This document shows positions 26,090-29,769 of a stretch of DNA of 29,769 nucleotides, piece by piece. Position 1 is the first letter of the stretch; each line of letters begins with the position of its first letter. The stretch is from Aminobacteriaceae bacterium. Lineage in GTDB: Bacteria > Synergistota > Synergistia > Synergistales > Aminobacteriaceae. The notes beneath the pieces were generated by a model. It ran no database searches. It was not told the origin of the DNA and saw only the letters and a program-made list of their open reading frames with translations. The translations under genes were made by a program, and so were the position numbers. The stretch lies in NCBI GenBank assembly GCA_041678025.1, contig JBAYOX010000001.1:1-29769 (forward strand). The letters are read 5' to 3'.

Positions 26090-27277
26090 ATGAAAGACCG
26101 CATCAAACAAAGGGCGGACGAGTTGAAGACGGATCTATTGCGCCTGAGCCACGACATCCACGAACACCCGGAGACTTCTTTCGAGGAATTTCGGGCCGTC
26201 GCATGGCAGAAGGAGATGCTCGAAAAGTATGGATTCAAAGTGGAGGCGCCTTTCTGCGGTATGGAGACCGCCTTCCGCGCGGTGAAAAAGAGCGGAAAAC
26301 CAGGACCCGTGGTCGCTTTTCTCTCCGAGTACGACGCGCTAAACGAGTTGGGACACGCCTGTGGGCACAACGTCATCGCGGCGTCGAGCGTCGGCGCGGG
26401 GCTCGCGCTCGCATCCGTCCTCGAAGAGGCGGGCGGCGAGGTGCAGGTCGTCGGAACGCCTGCGGAGGAGGGCGGCGGCGGCAAGGTCCTCATGGTGGAG
26501 GGGGGCGCTTTTAACGGAGTTGACTTCGCCCTTATGATGCACCCTAGTACTAAGAACATCATAGGGCGCGGAGGGCTTGCGGCTCAGGGCGTGCGTGTGG
26601 AGTACAGAGGACAGGCGTCGCACTCCGCAACACCGGACAAGGGGATCAACGCACTCACCTCGCTCATCGCCCTTTTCAACGGGATCGACACGCTACGGCA
26701 AGTCTGGCCGAATTCGGCGAAGATTAACGGCATCATCACAAAGGGGGGGAGTGCGTCCAACATTATTCCCGAGCTGGCCGAGGCGCTCTTCACCGTCCGT
26801 GCCTCCACGAAAAAGGAGCTACTCGCGATGTTCGCCGATCTGCAGCGCACGGCGAACTCGGCGGCACTCCTCACAGGGGCGAAAGTGATCGTAGAGGGGG
26901 AGCCTGTTTATGCGGAGCGCTACCCTAACTCTGTCATGGGCGAGGCTTTCAAGAGAAATATGGAGACGCTGGGCGAGCGGATGGAGTATCCCGACCCCAA
27001 TGAGCGCGTCGGCTCGTCCGACGTGGGGAATGTCTCGCTCGAAATTCCGACCATCCACGAGTATCTAGCTATCGCCGACCCCTCCGTGGCGGGGCATACA
27101 TCCGAGTTCCGAGAGGCATCTCTGTCGCCGAGGAGCGACGACGTCGTGCTCCTCGCGGCAAAGGGGCTCGCGCTCACGGGCTGGGATCTGCTGACCGATG
27201 AAACACTTCGCGAGGCAGCGAAGGCTGAGTATCAGGAAAAGGTAGCACCGCACAAAGGTTTAAAAATATTTCCTTGA
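26090..27277 (+). CDS. M20-family amidohydrolase (Acy1-like subfamily that includes AbgB, HmrA and PM20D2)
   Basis: IHEHPE..FEE, EYDAL..LGHACGHN, GTPAEEGGGGK, MMHP, SHSA, GSSDVGNVS..IP.IH, GHT.EF. Confidence 0.88.
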   Translation: MKDRIKQRADELKTDLLRLSHDIHEHPETSFEEFRAVAWQKEMLEKYGFKVEAPFCGMETAFRAVKKSGKPGPVVAFLSEYDALNELGHACGHNVIAASSVGAGLALASVLEEAGGEVQVVGTPAEEGGGGKVLMVEGGAFNGVDFALMMHPSTKNIIGRGGLAAQGVRVEYRGQASHSATPDKGINALTSLIALFNGIDTLRQVWPNSAKINGIITKGGSASNIIPELAEALFTVRASTKKELLAMFADLQRTANSAALLTGAKVIVEGEPVYAERYPNSVMGEAFKRNMETLGERMEYPDPNERVGSSDVGNVSLEIPTIHEYLAIADPSVAGHTSEFREASLSPRSDDVVLLAAKGLALTGWDLLTDETLREAAKAEYQEKVAPHKGLKIFP

Positions 27278-27358
27278 GTTTTGTAAAGTAAATAGTCTTT
27301 TGTTTTGAACCTGTTTACTGTGCTTTTCCTCATATTTTGACAGAGTTTGTCGGACCTC

Positions 27359-27396
27359 CGTTGCTGCTTCGCTTGCAGACAAGCGAAGCAGCAACG
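27359..27396. repeat. Perfect 17-bp inverted repeat with a 4-nt loop
   Basis: CGTTGCTGCTTCGCTTG-CAGA-CAAGCGAAGCAGCAACG, 81 bp after the M20 stop, with no strong U tract on either strand. Confidence 0.85.
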
Positions 27397-27558
27397 TTAT
27401 TGAGTGTGCTTGTTGCCCGCTTTTTATAGCCGATTAAACCAAGAGGGGCCGCCCCCCATTCTGGAAGGAATGCCTCTTCCCGTTGGTCTAGAAACGCTTG
27501 TTATTCATTGAGCCTACAAAGCTTTGGATTTAGGGTAAGTGCGTTCCCCTAAAATGTC

Positions 27559-27567
27559 TGTTAAAAT
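27559..27567 (+). promoter_or_regulatory. Possible extended -10 promoter for the GntR gene
   Basis: TGTTAAAAT; it lies within a TAAAATGT direct repeat (27550 and 27562, period 12). Confidence 0.4.
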
Positions 27568-27605
27568 GTAACGATATGATTTTTCATGAACTCAAGAGGT
27601 GATCT

Positions 27606-28286
27606 GTGACTGTGGCATCATTATCGGCAACTGACAAAGCATTCAAGGAGATTGTCCAGCTTATTGCAGTCCATCGGTTTTCTCCCGGCGAGCGTCTTCT
27701 GGAAACTGCTCTTGCGAAAGAGTTGGGCATGAGCAGGACTCCTGTACGGGAAGCACTGGGGAGACTTGCGTCGACAGGTTTTCTCGTCAAAGCGAAAGGA
27801 TCGAGAGGGTACCAGATTCCTCTTCTTACACCGAAGGATATCGAGGTAGTATTCTTCATGCGGGGTATCCTGGAGAGCAAAGCGGCCATGCTATGCGCCC
27901 GGTCGCCTGCAACAGAGCTTATATGCGAGCTCCGGAGGATCAACAGCAGAGAAGAAGAGACCTTCAAAGCGAACGTCAAAGGGGAATATGCGGAACTGAA
28001 CGAGAAATTCCATATTTTACTGGCCGATTCGTCGGACAACCCCTATCTAGCCATGTATATTCGGCAGCTTTACTGGAGGTCGAACTTGTACATATTATTT
28101 TTTATGAGTTTTTACTGTCTGGATTCAGATTACGACACCGGTCGCCTGAGCTATATGGAGCACAGGAAGATAATCGACGCAGTAGAATCTGGCGACAGTA
28201 AAGGTGCCGAGAATGCTATGAAAGAGCATATTGTCAGTAGCTACAATAGCCTTCTTTTCCCTAAGAATCCACTTGAAGGAATCTAG
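27606..28286 (+). CDS. GntR-family transcriptional regulator (FCD C-terminal domain)
   Basis: wHTH PGERLLETALAKELGMSRTPVREAL..L and FCD residues LNEKFH, EHRKII.A...GD...AE.AMKEHI. GTG start with RBS AAGAGGT. Confidence 0.92.
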   Translation: MTVASLSATDKAFKEIVQLIAVHRFSPGERLLETALAKELGMSRTPVREALGRLASTGFLVKAKGSRGYQIPLLTPKDIEVVFFMRGILESKAAMLCARSPATELICELRRINSREEETFKANVKGEYAELNEKFHILLADSSDNPYLAMYIRQLYWRSNLYILFFMSFYCLDSDYDTGRLSYMEHRKIIDAVESGDSKGAENAMKEHIVSSYNSLLFPKNPLEGI

Positions 28287-28374
28287 TAATCGCAATTAGC
28301 CGGCATCTTAAGTGCAGAGGCCGCGTATTGATTGCAAGACACGGATCGTACGAGCTATTCTTAATGCCAAAATA

Positions 28375-28418
28375 AAAAGACAACACACGGGGCGAGGATG
28401 CACCGTGTGTTGTCTTTT
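28375..28418. terminator. Bidirectional terminator between gntR and the convergent oxidoreductase gene
   Basis: 16-bp inverted repeat AAAAGACAACACACGG/CCGTGTGTTGTCTTTT. Confidence 0.85.
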
Positions 28419-28425
28419 ATCAGCA

Positions 28426-29769
28426 TCAGTTATGCAGGAGCGTGGTTGCCACCGGGTTTGAGTGGATCCTTCCGCCGTATGGCATCGCCGCTTCGGCCAG
28501 AAGGGCGCACAGGCTTGTTCCGGTCTTTTCCGTCAGAGGGCCTCTGTGCACCGTCAGGCGTCGTCCCTCAAGGTTGGTCATGTCTCCATCCTTCTCGATC
28601 CACGGAATAAGAGGGATAAGTACGTCGGCCCTCTCGCCGAGGTTTGTTAGCTTAGACGAGAGCACTGCATAACTCCTGCCGTCCAGATCCGCTGCGCTGA
28701 ACCCCGCTTCCTCCGGCGACGTGTCGATGAAGAGCAGTGTTCCGCCTTTTTTGGACTCTACGCGCAGTTCATTCGCGTCAACGACGTTCTTCCCAGCCGA
28801 AAGTATTGCGGCGCTGCTCGCTCCCTTGAAGAGAAGGAGGTAATCGCCTTTCAGCGACGCCGCAACGTCGAACGTCTCCTCCGCTGGAGACTCCCCTCCG
28901 ATAAGTGTCAGAGGCTTCTTCGCCCGCGCGAGGATGTTGGCGGTGTTCCCGAGCTCCTCGGGGGAGACTCCGGTACCCTCAAGGTGAGAGTCCTTTACCT
29001 CCAACCCCTTAATAGCCGACGCAAGGGCCTGGAGGACCTGCGACATCTTTCCCTTCTCAGGTTTCAATATCAGCGCGTCTCCCTTGTCAAGCAGGCCGGG
29101 GGTGCGGCCAATGTACACCAGCGGGCTCTTCTTGTGTCGGACGGCCCTGCGAAGCCATGATGTGAGCACCGGCTGGTCTTCGTCGGTGTTCGTCCCGATT
29201 AGCAGGAATGCGTCGCTCTCCCCGTGGCGGAAGACACCGTCGGGGGAGACGCCGTTCAGGCTTGAGTAGGCACCTCTCTTCAGTCCCTCGCGCCCTGTGG
29301 CCTCCTGAAGGTGGGTCGCAAGCTCCGAGTCTACCGTCATGGCGAACCGCGCCTTTGGAGCGCGCAGTTCAGCATATTCTAAGAGCGCGCGCACCTCCTG
29401 TTCGGTGAGAGAGGGGCCGAGCACGAAGGTCGCGCCCTCTCCCGAAGCGAGGCTGTCGAACTTGCCCACGGCCTCGCTCATCAGGGCGTGAGTGCCCTTC
29501 ACGGCAGGCTCGAAGCCGCCGTCCAGCGCGACATCCTTGAATGCGTAGCGCCCCTTCACGCAGCAGTCGCCACCGGTGGGAGCCTCGGGGTTGTCCCTGT
29601 CCGTGGTCACGCGCACAATGCGGGATCTGTTACGATCAAGGTTCAGTTTCAGCTCGCATCCGACTGGGCAGAGCAGGCATGTGGTCTTGATGATCTGCGG
29701 TTCTTCCAGGTGCGGCCAACGGTCGACCCGGTTCTCTATCAGCGCGCCGACGGGGCATACCTGGGTGCA
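28426..29769 (-). CDS. NuoG/FdhA-like Fe-S protein with a molybdopterin-oxidoreductase fold, C-terminal 447 aa (5' end outside the window)
   Basis: The frame is open from the window end. It shows a ferredoxin tail CTQVCPVGAL, then CLLCPVGC...CCVKGRY (Mo/W-bisPGD-type 4Fe-4S), LLIGTNTDEDQPV, and ADVLIPLIPWIEKDGDMTNLEGR (cf. AD.vLP...w.Ek.Gt.tN.EgR). No catalytic Cys/Sec motif is visible. Confidence 0.8.
   Translation of the reverse strand, partial: CTQVCPVGALIENRVDRWPHLEEPQIIKTTCLLCPVGCELKLNLDRNRSRIVRVTTDRDNPEAPTGGDCCVKGRYAFKDVALDGGFEPAVKGTHALMSEAVGKFDSLASGEGATFVLGPSLTEQEVRALLEYAELRAPKARFAMTVDSELATHLQEATGREGLKRGAYSSLNGVSPDGVFRHGESDAFLLIGTNTDEDQPVLTSWLRRAVRHKKSPLVYIGRTPGLLDKGDALILKPEKGKMSQVLQALASAIKGLEVKDSHLEGTGVSPEELGNTANILARAKKPLTLIGGESPAEETFDVAASLKGDYLLLFKGASSAAILSAGKNVVDANELRVESKKGGTLLFIDTSPEEAGFSAADLDGRSYAVLSSKLTNLGERADVLIPLIPWIEKDGDMTNLEGRRLTVHRGPLTEKTGTSLCALLAEAAMPYGGRIHSNPVATTLLHN

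Noticed and set aside
17296-27277. Complete cyanophycin utilisation cluster
   Set aside because: No cyanophycinase (S51) or cyanophycin synthetase is in the window, so cyanophycin is only one possible source of the substrate.
27336-27358. Possible IS terminal repeat (TTTTGACAGAGTTTGTCGG)
   Set aside because: There is no partner end, target duplication or transposase remnant; the resemblance is too weak.
28426-29769. Selenocysteine formate dehydrogenase
   Set aside because: There is no in-frame TGA and no Cys at the Mo/W ligand position in the visible portion.
1-29769. CRISPR arrays, tRNA/rRNA genes, T-box or known riboswitches, integrases
   Set aside because: No spaced repeats, cloverleafs or recognisable conserved RNA motifs were seen, and most intergenic gaps are too short. 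An Infernal/tRNAscan run would be needed to exclude them formally.

Overview
A GC-rich anaerobe chromosome segment. Gene content and codon style suggest an amino-acid-fermenting Synergistota member; this is inference only. Positions 1-16 kb are housekeeping: a partial Xaa-Pro peptidase, rubredoxin, a secreted hypothetical protein, miaB-comEA-comEC, coaX-dusB-lysS-ligA-gatC-gatA-gatB, and a separately transcribed EF-G2. An orphan LivJ-type binding protein follows. Positions ~17.2-28.4 kb form an AT-richer accessory block. In it, a NhaC-family transporter plus isoaspartyl dipeptidase (iadA) are transcribed divergently from a Dpp/Opp-type ABC importer plus an M20 amidohydrolase, followed by a GntR/FCD regulator. 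The window ends in the C-terminal part of a NuoG-like Fe-S protein with a molybdopterin-oxidoreductase fold. The most striking observation is GatA. It is full length and sits in an intact gatCAB operon, but the catalytic Lys of its Ser-cisSer-Lys triad is Asp and the glutamine-binding residues are also replaced. This suggests a glutaminase-dead, possibly ammonia-fed tRNA amidotransferase. Second is the accessory block, which looks like a regulated module for importing and cleaving non-alpha-linked (iso)peptides, with period-12 operator-like repeats at both divergent promoters. I found no rRNA, tRNA, CRISPR array, integrase or transposase. All calls come from manual motif reading; no database searches were run.
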